The notes beneath the pieces were generated by a model. The model searched no databases. It was given only the letters and a program-made list of their open reading frames with translations, and was not told the origin of the DNA. Of a DNA stretch of 64,000 nucleotides, positions 1-10,520 are shown in pieces. The DNA is taken from NCBI GenBank assembly GCA_051971635.1, contig JBFPLN010000001.1, forward strand, positions 1 through 64,000. Direction: 5' to 3'. Both the position numbers and the translations under genes were made by a program. The DNA comes from Candidatus Atelocyanobacterium thalassae (GTDB taxonomy: Bacteria; Cyanobacteriota; Cyanobacteriia; Cyanobacteriales; Microcystaceae). Every line of letters begins with the position of its first letter. Position 1 is the stretch's first letter.

Positions 1-183
1 AATAAACAATAAAAACTGAGTTTTATAGTCATCAAAAATCACTATAAAGCCCAGTTTTTATTATTATATTCTCTAGAAAAAATATTTTTTTGCTTTAAGT
101 ACTTTTTCCCATGATGAAATAAATACTATGATATCTAAAAACATTTAATTCTATTTTCTGAGATTCTAATTTTTTAATATTTA

Positions 184-1404
184 TTAAGGAGCTAAAGCAT
201 GACCCCTTAGTAAGCTACCAATTGTTTTAGCAGTTAATTTCATCTGCAATAAAGGATTCATTGGAACAACAGTTTTATATAAATAACTATCAAAAGTCAT
301 TCGTTGAACATTTTTATCAGCACACATTTCTACGAATGCCTCACGAGAAGCATCAGAGCGATAAAAGACACGCTGCAAGATATCTAAAACCAAGTAAGTA
401 GCACCGTATTGTTTGTCCCAGCGCTGCAAGTAAAGCTTTAAGTCACTCTCAGTTGGGATAGTTTTACCTGCATTACTAGTCTCAATAATTGTTTCAGCGC
501 ACATACGTGCCGACTTAGCAGCAAAATAAATGCCTTCTCCAGAAGATTTTGTAACAGTCCCTGCCGCATCTCCAACCAAGGCAACACGATTAACAACGCG
601 ACGTGGTCGAGGATGTTCAGGGATTGGGTGTGCTTCAACTTTTATAACTTCACCGCCTTCTAATCTAGAAAATGCACGACTACGAATACCTGCTTGCAGC
701 CCTTTAATCATGGATTGGTTATTTTTCATGGTTCCTGTACCTACAGCTACATGATCATATTTTGGAAATATCCAAGCATAAAAATCAGGAGAAACATCTT
801 TTCCTACGTACATTTCTGCTAGGTCTTCATAACGACTCATCTTGTCTTTTGGTAAACGAATACGTTCTTGAAAGGCAATAGCATAATTATAATCTCCTGC
901 ATCAATGAATTTAGCAATACGAGAATTAGCTCCATCTGCCCCTATTACTACATCAACTTGAAGAGTTTTCTTTTCTCCCAAGGCTTGGCCATTTGAATGA
1001 TCAGCATAATGAATAGTGTAAGGATCTTTAGTGCTTTTAGGAGTATCCAATTGATGCACTGTGCCGTTAATTAAATTAGCGCCCAATTTAACGGCTCTAT
1101 CACGCATAAAACCATCAAGAACCTCCCTACGACACATTCCTATGTATTCTTCTTTATTTTCTAAATTTAAGTCAACTTCGATATTCGATGGAGATATCAT
1201 CTTCATCTTTCGTACCTTTCTATCAATGATTTCGGGCGGTAGATCAAATTCATCAACCATACATAGAGGGATGGCCCCTCCACAAGGCTTGACATAGCTT
1301 AAATTACGTTCAAATAAATAAGTTTCGATACCAGCTTTTACCAATGTCTCGGCAGCAGAAGAGCCGGCTGGACCTGAACCAACGACAGCAACACGTAAAA
1401 CCAA
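184..1404 (-). CDS. chlP: Geranylgeranyl reductase
   Basis: N-terminal (M)VLRVAVVGSGPAG FAD motif, KPCGGAIP, GEGIYFAAKS. Start moved from the ORF-track 1419 to TTG at 1404, which has GAGGA just upstream. Confidence 0.96.
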   Translation of the reverse strand: MVLRVAVVGSGPAGSSAAETLVKAGIETYLFERNLSYVKPCGGAIPLCMVDEFDLPPEIIDRKVRKMKMISPSNIEVDLNLENKEEYIGMCRREVLDGFMRDRAVKLGANLINGTVHQLDTPKSTKDPYTIHYADHSNGQALGEKKTLQVDVVIGADGANSRIAKFIDAGDYNYAIAFQERIRLPKDKMSRYEDLAEMYVGKDVSPDFYAWIFPKYDHVAVGTGTMKNNQSMIKGLQAGIRSRAFSRLEGGEVIKVEAHPIPEHPRPRRVVNRVALVGDAAGTVTKSSGEGIYFAAKSARMCAETIIETSNAGKTIPTESDLKLYLQRWDKQYGATYLVLDILQRVFYRSDASREAFVEMCADKNVQRMTFDSYLYKTVVPMNPLLQMKLTAKTIGSLLRGHALAP

Positions 1405-1635
1405 GATTATTTTCCTCACATCTTAAATAGGATTACGGGTTGAATCGTATCACAAAAAGAATAGAGAATGGACAATAAACTTTACAGTATTAACAAATGT
1501 TACCTTTGGCTGAGTATTTAATTATTAACCTAATTTAACTATAAATTAATAAGCGTAGTGAAAGTTATCTTAATAAAAGTTATCTTAAATATAAGAAAAA
1601 ATTATTGAGCTGAATTATATCTAGTAAAAAATAAT

Positions 1636-2673
1636 ATGCAATTTATTGATCGAGCCGAAATTGAAGTAGAAGGAGGAAAAGGAGGTGATGGTATGGTAGC
1701 ATTTCGAAGAGAGAAATATGTTCCAGCAGGAGGACCATCAGGAGGGAACGGAGGCAGAGGAGGTTCAGTTTATTTACAAGCTGTACAAAACTTACAAACT
1801 CTTCTTGACTTTCGTTACTCACACTTTTTCAAAGCCGATGACGGTAAAAGGGGAGGACCAAATAATTGTACAGGGGCAACAGGAAAAGATAATATTATTC
1901 AAGTTCCTTGCGGAAGTGTAATTTACGATCTTGAAACTGAAGAGATATTAGGAGATTTGACTACAGATAAACAAATGTTATGTGTTTCCCGAGGAGGAAA
2001 AGGAGGCTTTGGTAACAAACACTTTTTAAGTAATCAAAACAGATCTCCTGAACATGCTTTGCCTGGCTTAGAAGGAGAACATAAGGTTTTAAGATTAGAA
2101 TTAAAATTATTAGCAGAAGTAGGTATCATAGGACTACCTAATGCTGGAAAATCAACTCTTATATCTTCTTTATCTGCTGCCCGTCCAAAAATTGCTGATT
2201 ATCCTTTTACTACTTTAACTCCCAATTTAGGAGTAGTAAGGAAACCATCAGGAGATGGAACAGTTTTTGCTGATATTCCAGGATTGATAAAAGGAGCCCA
2301 TGAAGGTACTGGATTGGGCTATGAATTTCTAAGACATATTGAAAGAACTAGCTTATTACTGCACCTAATAGATATAAATGCTGAAAACCCTGTTAAAGAT
2401 TATCAAATTATCCAAAATGAGCTAAAAGCCTACGGTAGAGGGCTCAATGATCGTTTTCAAATTATAGCTCTGAATAAAATCGATGCATGCGATCAGCAGA
2501 GTATTGATGCAGCAGTAAAAAAGATAAGTCAACTAACTAATGCACCAGTTTTTGCTATTTCATCAGTTGCAAAGATAGGAACCAAAGAACTATTGCAAAA
2601 TATTTGGAATTATTTGGATTTAAAAAATAGTAAAAGAGAATCTTTCACCTCTTTTCAAAACTTTTATCAATAG
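1636..2673 (+). CDS. obgE: GTPase ObgE/CgtA
   Basis: MQFIDRAEI, FRREKYVPAGGPSGGNGG Obg fold, GLPNAGKS, DIPGL, NKID. Confidence 0.97.
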   Translation: MQFIDRAEIEVEGGKGGDGMVAFRREKYVPAGGPSGGNGGRGGSVYLQAVQNLQTLLDFRYSHFFKADDGKRGGPNNCTGATGKDNIIQVPCGSVIYDLETEEILGDLTTDKQMLCVSRGGKGGFGNKHFLSNQNRSPEHALPGLEGEHKVLRLELKLLAEVGIIGLPNAGKSTLISSLSAARPKIADYPFTTLTPNLGVVRKPSGDGTVFADIPGLIKGAHEGTGLGYEFLRHIERTSLLLHLIDINAENPVKDYQIIQNELKAYGRGLNDRFQIIALNKIDACDQQSIDAAVKKISQLTNAPVFAISSVAKIGTKELLQNIWNYLDLKNSKRESFTSFQNFYQ

Positions 2674-2960
2674 TAGTTAAACTAAATAACTAAAATATGC
2701 CTATGTTGTTTTCAGTACATTAATGCCATAAGAATTTACTATTTTCAAAAAAATAAATAGTAAATTCTTGTGGCCATCAGAAGATATTTATCTTTTAAAA
2801 GCTCTTAAAATAATTAATTATTAGATTTAATTTGAATATTAAAAATATTGAATATAATAAAATGTAAAAAGCTGCATGAAACTAACTATTAATCCTCAAA
2901 AAATTAACACAAATTGTGCTAAGTTAGTCGTTGTGTTTATTACACCTCTAAGAAATAACC

Positions 2961-5900
2961 ATGCCTAAAAGCTCCCCTGAGCACCTTTCAGAAGTATCTA
3001 AATATCAAACATTAACATCAAAGTGGACAAAAATAATTAACTTCGTTAGAAGACCTTTTGTTTTATTATCTACGGGAGTAATTATATCGTTAGGAGTTTT
3101 GTTATATGAAGGAACGAACTATTTTATATACTATAAATTACCATTCCTTATCTCATCTAGATTAAGCAAAATTTTAGAAAGAGACGTAAAAATTGGCTTA
3201 ATTGAAAGCCTTTCTATTAATTCTATTAAAATTGGAAATTCATCTATTTCTGCAACAGGAAATAGCGGAGACTATATAGATATTGAGAATATTACTGTTA
3301 CTATAAATTTTTTTGCTTTTCTAATAAAACAATCTTTAGATATTGATATTTTTATTAATAACTCTAACTTTTATGTTAGCCAAGATAAGTATGGAAAATG
3401 GACTGCATTACCAGAATTAAAGCTAAAAAAAGAGTTAAATCTACCCATTAATATTAAGACTAATTTGTACTTAAACAATGCCAAAATCTTTATATTTCCT
3501 GATAAATCTGAAAATATAGCAAAATTTGATATTAATGGGAAATGGTCATACATATATAAATCAAATGATTATCAAAAAGTAATTTATTTTATAAATGTTA
3601 ACCTATTCGATAGTGAAATTAGCATTGAAGGTCTTACCAACATAAAATCTTGGAAAACTAGAACAAAGATAATAGTTAACAAACTTGTTTTAAATAAATT
3701 ATTTGTTTTAAAAAGCAATCTGTCTACTCAATTGAGTAACGGGCTATTAAGTACTGATTTAAACATTTCCTTACCTTCACTAAAAGAAATAGAAAAAGTT
3801 AAAGGAGTAGGCAGAGTAAAAGTTACAAACCTTATATCAAAATTTAAGAATTTAAAATCTCCGATAAATATATATCTAGACCTTGAAGTTATTGGACAAA
3901 CGCTTAAATTCAACAAAACTAAAATATTATTTGGTGAAACTGTAACAAAACTCGAAGGTTCCATCAATTTGCAAAAAGGTTATGATATTCATGTTAGTTC
4001 TAGCTATTCTCTAATTAATAATTTTTCAAATTTTTTCATCAACCAGTTACAACCCAAACTATATGGAAATGTAAAAAGTGAAATACAATTAACCGGTAAA
4101 ATTAAAAATCCTATTTTTACGGGAATAATTAAAAATAGTGAACCACTATTAATTAAAAATAATTTTATTAATAATTTCCAAATTATATTTAAAGCTAATT
4201 TAAATAAAATCAATCTTAAGCTTCTTCAGATTCAGACAATTGGAGGGGGAGAAATTTTTGCAGCAGGGGAAACCTATATAAATTTTTTTAACTTAATAAA
4301 CAGAAATAAGTTTATAGATTGGGAAAAAACTCCTATATTATTAGGCTTGCAAACAAATTTTCCAATTGAAAAAATCTTAAGTTCTTATTATGAATTACCC
4401 AAAAATATTAAAGTTGGTGATTTAAAAGTTCATGGAGAGTTTAAAGGTAATTTTAGAAACCCCCAGGGGAAAATTATATGGTCTGCTCCTTATCTGATAA
4501 AAGTTGAAAAACAACAATTATCTGGCCAAGGAGTGATAGATTTTGACGGAGAAAATATTTTTTTAAAAGATACAGTACTTAATTCTGATAAGGGTAACCT
4601 TAAATTTATAGGAACAGGTAATATAAAAAATAAAAAATGGAATAATTTAATTGTTGCAAATCACTTTTCTTTTGATCCATTTATACAATTATCTTGTTCC
4701 TTAATTACATGTCCTAAAAGTCTAACGCTTCAACCTGTCATTTTACGTGAAGGAACTATTAGACTAACAGGAGAATTAAATGGTTTTGTCATTAATAGTA
4801 TTAACAGTATAGAAAAAATATTATTAAGCATAGGAAACAGTAAAATATACATTAAAGCAAAATTTTTCGAAAAATATGTATCAGGAAATATTTTGCTTTC
4901 AGATTTATCGCTCAACAAATATTTTTCTTTTTTGCCTACCTCTGTAGAAATTAATCAAAGTGATGTGAATTTTAATGGTCCTTTGATTAACTTATTTCAG
5001 AAGAAAATTTCTGATATTAAAGATTTCAATATTGGTGGAACTATACAGATGTCTTTAGGAAATAATCCTTTAACTACTAATATACAAGTAAAAGATGGTA
5101 TCCTAACTTCTTTTACTAACGCCAACAATCTGTTTTTTAATTCTCATGTTCCTCTCCCTACTTTACCTAATCAAATACAAACTACCACTAGCACTATAAG
5201 TATTACTGGTAACATAAACTCTTTTCTCTCTTCTTCGGACACTAATCCTAATATTGATAGCTTTAGTGGAAGTACTAGTATAGAGTTCTTCTTAAATAAT
5301 AATCCTATTAAAATTATAGGTAATTTAGATAATGGTACTATACGAGGAACAACACAATTTTCTAATTTTTATTTAAATAATTTAATTGCCGATCTACCTA
5401 TTGGAAGTCATAAAATTGAAGGACAGATCTTTTTCTTAAGTAAACTACTACCCTTGATTAGAAAAAATCCTGATTTCACTAGTACAGAAGCTAATGCTAG
5501 CCTACAACTAGTTGCAGGAAAAGGAAGCGTCAATACCATAACTAGTTTAAAAGATAATAAGTGGAACTCTAAAATAAATGTATCTCAGTTTAGTCCAAAA
5601 TTAATTTTAGATAGTATTATTCCCAGAACATTAAAAAATAATATGAGTAGTTTAAATGCTCAAGCTATTTTATCTGGTGACATATCAAATTTATTTAACA
5701 AGAAAGAGAATTTACTAGTGAGGGCTAAAAATATAATAATTCAGTCACAAGAATATAAACAATCCTTAAGTGCAACTGGTGATATTTTTATCTCTAATAT
5801 ATTCACAAATCCTGATATAGACGCCTATCTTTCTTTAGAAATAGACTCAATTCTTGATAAAATATACCTAAATCAGTTTTTTTCATCAATTTCTTCTAAG

Positions 5901-8900
5901 ATAGGTCTTCTGGCTAGAGAATTTCAACTTAAAGGTAGTGGGAGATTTAAAGGGACCTTAATTGTAAAAAAAATGTTAACTAATATCCTATCAGAAGGAA
6001 ATCTCCAAGTATTAGGAGATTTAATTCTCCAAGATTTTGCTATTAATGAACAAATATTTGAACCTCTATTAATAGGTAAAGTTAATATTCCTGTAGGGAA
6101 AAATATTTTTGTAGATTTACAAGGTTCTGAAGATATGATCAAGATGTCTTTGCAACCATGTATTCAGTTAAAGTGTTCTGTACCATATATTCCATCATTT
6201 TTTACATTGCTTCAAAAATTTGGTTCAGAAGCACCAACGATTATAGAAAGTAAAGTAAAAGGCGATAGTATAATTACTACTATAAAGGAACTTCCACTTA
6301 CAATCTTTAATATACTACCTAGAAAGAACTATCATATATCTAATTATACCTCAGGTATCTTAGATGCAAAAATTGTCATAAATCCTTTTACATTGGAAGG
6401 GAAAGGAAAACTTAAGATTAAAAATACTAATATCGATTCCACAGAAACACCACAATTGGAGGCTGATATTGTTTATAAAAATAATATTATTAACTTACAA
6501 AATATTACTTTAGGTTTAGGGAAAAGTTTATATCAGGCACAGGCATCAATTAATTTAATTTCAGAAGACATTAGTGGCATATTAAAAATTAAAAAAGGTC
6601 AAGTTAAAGATTTATTTGCTACGTTAAAGATTTTTAATATTGAACGTCTACTTGATTTGTTGAAGCTCAAGCCTGTTGACACACAAAATATAACAAATTT
6701 TTCATCCGATTCAATAGGTAATGCTGATGCCAACATTGCAGAACAAATAAATTTATTAGCTATTATTGATCAAAAAATACGTAACTTAGCTGATAAAAAA
6801 GAAAAATGGAGAGTTCCTACTGAACTTGATATTCGTGGAAACTTTGATACAAACATTTTATTAGGAGGTAATTTACGTAATCCTGAAGTGAACATAACAT
6901 TAACAGGTAAAAATTGGGAATGGTACTCTCAGGAACCTTATCGTGATGTTGTAAATCCTTTAGGTTTAATTGTTCGAAGACAACCATTTATTCCTATTGA
7001 CGAGGTATTAATTAATGCTAAGCTCGCAAATAATATCATCGATATTGACCCTGCTTTTATTCAAGTTAATGGGACTAGTCTTGGTTTGGATGGAAAATTT
7101 TCTTTGCAAGAAATTAATGCTAATTGGCAAGTCAATTATTTTTCAATTGATACAATCAAAAACTTTATTAATATTCCAATCAATGCTGCAGGAGCATTAA
7201 ATGCGTCAGGCTCTATTATTGGAAATATATTTAATCCTCAACTTCAAGGTAGTTTCGCATTTGTAGATGCTGCATTACAGGGACAATCGCTTAATTCAAC
7301 CATTGAAGGTCAATTTAGCTATGAGAATTCTCGATTTCAGCTTTTAACTAATGAATCATCAATAATCTTTGCATCTATTAATATTCCATTTATAAATTAT
7401 GAAGAAAGTAATGAATTTGATATTAACGTTCAATTGGATACAGAGGCACTTCAATTATTAAGTATCATCACAAACGAACAAATCGTTTTAACTAGCGGGG
7501 AAGGTCAGATTAATGCACAAGCAACAGGTCAACTAGATGCATCCCAAGGACTATTATTATCAGACTTAAGTATAGGAGGAGCTATTATTCTTAATGAAAC
7601 AGTATTTCAGAGTAAGATGTTATCTCAACCATTAACTGTTAGTGGAAAAATTAATATTAATAAACAAGTTATTGATGTCAAAGAAATACAAGGTAACTTT
7701 GCTGACAGTACTCTAAAAATTAGTGGTATTTTACCTCTATTTAAGCCACAGGAAACCATGAGTAATCCTTTGATTGTTTCAATTGATAAGGGAGAGATAA
7801 GATTAGAGGAACTTTACAAAGGTATAGTAGATGGAGAGCTGATAATAACAGGTGCAGCTATTCAGCCAATTATTGGTGGCCAAATAAAACTAACTGACGG
7901 ACAAATATTTTTGCCAACAAAAATAGAAAATAGAGAGGAAACTGTTGCTCAAATTAATCAATGGGTTAAAAGAAGATCAAGACAAAATAATGCAAATAAT
8001 CAGTTTATTTCCTTTATTCCTGAATTACAGAATTTTCAACTAAGCTTAGAAAATTTATTTATTGAATTTTCACCTTTATTTAGATTTGACTTTGGTGGCG
8101 ATGTTATGGTTAGCGGATCATTAACAGATTTCAGTTCAGTAAGACCAGAAGGAGAAGTTAATATAAATAAAGGTCTAGTTAATTTTTTAGATACTCGCTT
8201 TTTTGTTGAACGAAGAAAAGATAACAAAATCGTTTTTATTCCAGAGAAAGGACTACTAAATCCTAGTTTAGATATCGCTATGAGAGCTATTGTTTCAGAA
8301 GTACCTGATACAGCCAGAAACTTCCGCACAGGTGATACTACTGAAATTCCTGATGATAGTTTAAGTAAAGTACAGAGAATTGATATTGAGTTATCTCTTG
8401 ATGGCCCTTTGTCTCAATTAATTCCGAACTTAGGAAAAGATATAAATCAAGTTTGTCAAATAAACAATTTACTTAAGCCAATTCAAAATACTACTCATTT
8501 ATCTGAAAGAGATTTAGAAACTGCTAGTATTTGCCTACAAGCTATTACAACAAAAGGGGCAGTAGGAGAACAGCTATTAAGTAATCCTGCCATTAATTTA
8601 ACAAGTAATCCACCAAGATCTCAAGGAGAAATTGTTCGTTTATTGGGAGAACAATTTTTAGTTTTAGCAGAAGAGTTACAAGATCAAAACACAGAGCAGT
8701 TAGTACAGTTTGGAATTGTACAGCTAGCTTTACCCATGGTATTTCAAAGCTTTATTTATGATTTAGAGTCATCTGTAAATGAAGCTATAAATAGTGCAGA
8801 TTTTCGTATTGTTCCTTTTTTAGAAACTATATATGAAGTTGAAAATAAAGGTTATGTTCGCTTATCTTATGACTACGCTCTTAACGGATTTCGCATCAGA

Positions 8901-8918
8901 TATGAAAAGCGCTTTTAA
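2961..8918 (+). CDS. tamB: Translocation/assembly module TamB (DUF490/AsmA-like; TIC236 homolog)
   Basis: 1985 aa, single N-terminal TM helix, repeated beta-strand segments, C-terminal DUF490-like region ending FRIRYEKRF typical of cyanobacterial TamB. Confidence 0.85.
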   Translation: MPKSSPEHLSEVSKYQTLTSKWTKIINFVRRPFVLLSTGVIISLGVLLYEGTNYFIYYKLPFLISSRLSKILERDVKIGLIESLSINSIKIGNSSISATGNSGDYIDIENITVTINFFAFLIKQSLDIDIFINNSNFYVSQDKYGKWTALPELKLKKELNLPINIKTNLYLNNAKIFIFPDKSENIAKFDINGKWSYIYKSNDYQKVIYFINVNLFDSEISIEGLTNIKSWKTRTKIIVNKLVLNKLFVLKSNLSTQLSNGLLSTDLNISLPSLKEIEKVKGVGRVKVTNLISKFKNLKSPINIYLDLEVIGQTLKFNKTKILFGETVTKLEGSINLQKGYDIHVSSSYSLINNFSNFFINQLQPKLYGNVKSEIQLTGKIKNPIFTGIIKNSEPLLIKNNFINNFQIIFKANLNKINLKLLQIQTIGGGEIFAAGETYINFFNLINRNKFIDWEKTPILLGLQTNFPIEKILSSYYELPKNIKVGDLKVHGEFKGNFRNPQGKIIWSAPYLIKVEKQQLSGQGVIDFDGENIFLKDTVLNSDKGNLKFIGTGNIKNKKWNNLIVANHFSFDPFIQLSCSLITCPKSLTLQPVILREGTIRLTGELNGFVINSINSIEKILLSIGNSKIYIKAKFFEKYVSGNILLSDLSLNKYFSFLPTSVEINQSDVNFNGPLINLFQKKISDIKDFNIGGTIQMSLGNNPLTTNIQVKDGILTSFTNANNLFFNSHVPLPTLPNQIQTTTSTISITGNINSFLSSSDTNPNIDSFSGSTSIEFFLNNNPIKIIGNLDNGTIRGTTQFSNFYLNNLIADLPIGSHKIEGQIFFLSKLLPLIRKNPDFTSTEANASLQLVAGKGSVNTITSLKDNKWNSKINVSQFSPKLILDSIIPRTLKNNMSSLNAQAILSGDISNLFNKKENLLVRAKNIIIQSQEYKQSLSATGDIFISNIFTNPDIDAYLSLEIDSILDKIYLNQFFSSISSKIGLLAREFQLKGSGRFKGTLIVKKMLTNILSEGNLQVLGDLILQDFAINEQIFEPLLIGKVNIPVGKNIFVDLQGSEDMIKMSLQPCIQLKCSVPYIPSFFTLLQKFGSEAPTIIESKVKGDSIITTIKELPLTIFNILPRKNYHISNYTSGILDAKIVINPFTLEGKGKLKIKNTNIDSTETPQLEADIVYKNNIINLQNITLGLGKSLYQAQASINLISEDISGILKIKKGQVKDLFATLKIFNIERLLDLLKLKPVDTQNITNFSSDSIGNADANIAEQINLLAIIDQKIRNLADKKEKWRVPTELDIRGNFDTNILLGGNLRNPEVNITLTGKNWEWYSQEPYRDVVNPLGLIVRRQPFIPIDEVLINAKLANNIIDIDPAFIQVNGTSLGLDGKFSLQEINANWQVNYFSIDTIKNFINIPINAAGALNASGSIIGNIFNPQLQGSFAFVDAALQGQSLNSTIEGQFSYENSRFQLLTNESSIIFASINIPFINYEESNEFDINVQLDTEALQLLSIITNEQIVLTSGEGQINAQATGQLDASQGLLLSDLSIGGAIILNETVFQSKMLSQPLTVSGKININKQVIDVKEIQGNFADSTLKISGILPLFKPQETMSNPLIVSIDKGEIRLEELYKGIVDGELIITGAAIQPIIGGQIKLTDGQIFLPTKIENREETVAQINQWVKRRSRQNNANNQFISFIPELQNFQLSLENLFIEFSPLFRFDFGGDVMVSGSLTDFSSVRPEGEVNINKGLVNFLDTRFFVERRKDNKIVFIPEKGLLNPSLDIAMRAIVSEVPDTARNFRTGDTTEIPDDSLSKVQRIDIELSLDGPLSQLIPNLGKDINQVCQINNLLKPIQNTTHLSERDLETASICLQAITTKGAVGEQLLSNPAINLTSNPPRSQGEIVRLLGEQFLVLAEELQDQNTEQLVQFGIVQLALPMVFQSFIYDLESSVNEAINSADFRIVPFLETIYEVENKGYVRLSYDYALNGFRIRYEKRF

Positions 8919-8961
8919 GAAAATCATGTCAAAGCTTTAAAAGCGCGTCTGATAGTAATAT

Positions 8962-9522
8962 TTAGGTACGAGAAAAAGAGACTATCCAAGTACCAACATA
9001 AACTCTAAGTGGAATTTGTCCAGATGTTAAAATATCACAAATAAAATAATAAGTGCCAGAACTAGGATTTTTAAGATTAGAAAATACAAGTTCAACTGAA
9101 TTGCCTGCTTCAAGATCTTTTTCCAGATCAATTTCTAGTACACGACTTTCTCTATCCCAATAAATTTCTCTAATTGGGACAGATTTGCCATCAACACGAA
9201 CATCCACTGATTTTGTATTAAACTTACCATCAAATTTTGGATCTTTGAGATAAGATACAAAAAATTTACTAACACCTTGGGTTAATTTTTTTTTCGGCAC
9301 ACGTAATCTCATGCGTTCACCGTAAAACTTAGGACGCCCATTAAAATCGAGTTTATATTCTAAAATATCACTACGATTTTCTATGCCACTAAAAATAATT
9401 AGTCCTGAATTTCCATTAGCCATGGAAAGATTGGGAAATAAACTAAACAAGCATCCAGATAAAGCTAAAGATACTGTGGAATATTTGCAAATTTTTGTTG
9501 TTAAAGTCTTTACTATTTTCAT
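8962..9522 (-). CDS. DUF2808 domain exported protein
   Basis: Signal-like N-terminus, GLIIFSG, VFSNLKNPSSGTYYF, YVGTWIVS. Start uncertain (9522 or 9567). Confidence 0.75.
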   Translation of the reverse strand: MKIVKTLTTKICKYSTVSLALSGCLFSLFPNLSMANGNSGLIIFSGIENRSDILEYKLDFNGRPKFYGERMRLRVPKKKLTQGVSKFFVSYLKDPKFDGKFNTKSVDVRVDGKSVPIREIYWDRESRVLEIDLEKDLEAGNSVELVFSNLKNPSSGTYYFICDILTSGQIPLRVYVGTWIVSFSRT

Positions 9523-9615
9523 ATGAAACTTATTAGATGAGTGTTTCTTTTTAGTACAGGATAGCATTACATTAATTAATAATGAACAATGATGTAATAA
9601 TGAAATGGCTGATAT

Positions 9616-9665
9616 AAAATCCTTTTTTAAGCTAATTATCTCTAATTAAATTAAAAAAGGATTTT
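9616..9665. terminator. 15-bp perfect inverted repeat, probable terminator of the grxC-gshB-DUF2499-DUF3593 run
   Basis: aaaatccttttttaa (9616-9630) / ttaaaaaaggatttt (9651-9665). Confidence 0.55.
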
Positions 9666-9783
9666 TATCATTATATTAATTTTCTTTATACTTAAAACTA
9701 CTTAAATGTTATCTAGATAAACTTAAAAGGAACATATTAGATAGCTTAAAATTGACTGTTCAAGGGAGAAAAAACTATGGTAC

Positions 9784-10080
9784 CTACTTTTGTTGCTTTT
9801 TATATTTATTAATTTCTTCATAAAATCCAAATACGACTAAGGTGTTAGACAATGTGAGGAATAATTCAGCTCCTCCATGCAACCAATCAATATTAGCTAA
9901 TTCTTCTTCATATACTATTTTTGCAATAATACCAGAAGGAATTGTCACCAGGATAAAAAGCAATAAACAATAAAAACCTATTAATGCTAATCTGGGAGTC
10001 TCTTTTGAATATGTTAAAAACCATAAAAAGCCAAGATAAGGAAATAAAGAAATTAAGAATAATGTATTTATAGATAACAT
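9784..10080 (-). CDS. DUF3593 family membrane protein
   Basis: LFLISLFPYLGFLWFL, LANIDWLHGGAELFLTLSN; usual partner of DUF2499. Confidence 0.85.
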   Translation of the reverse strand: MLSINTLFLISLFPYLGFLWFLTYSKETPRLALIGFYCLLLFILVTIPSGIIAKIVYEEELANIDWLHGGAELFLTLSNTLVVFGFYEEINKYKKQQK

Positions 10081-10150
10081 AGTAAAGTAGCTGACTGTTT
10101 AAGATTTAGTGTTTTTAGAATATTTCATATATTTATATTTGATGGACAAA

Positions 10151-10489
10151 TTAACTTACTTTGTTCAACTTCGTATCAACTTTAGTTGTAGTTTCATAGG
10201 TAGAATTAAGATAAATATGCCTCCCAGCAAGGCATAAAGTAATGTTACCTAATAAAGTCAATGTCGCCTGTATAGTTACTAACCAGCCTAAAGATGAAGA
10301 GTTGTCAAAGAAATGCCAGATACAAGCACATGAAGCACTAGCTAACGCAGGTAACATGGCAAATGAAAGTAATTTCCAATAATGTTTATTACTTACTTCT
10401 GCATAAGTCCATACAAGCCAAATAGCAATTATCCATTCAGTTACACTAGCAATATGAATCATCCATGTTGGAATTGAAAGTAAAGTCAT
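10151..10489 (-). CDS. DUF2499 / Ycf49-like membrane protein
   Basis: LSIPTWMIHIASVTEWIIAI, CACIWHFFDN, LVTIQATLTLLGN. Confidence 0.87.
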   Translation of the reverse strand: MTLLSIPTWMIHIASVTEWIIAIWLVWTYAEVSNKHYWKLLSFAMLPALASASCACIWHFFDNSSSLGWLVTIQATLTLLGNITLCLAGRHIYLNSTYETTTKVDTKLNKVS

Positions 10490-10520
10490 AACTTAAAGTA
10501 AATATATTAATTACAAAATT

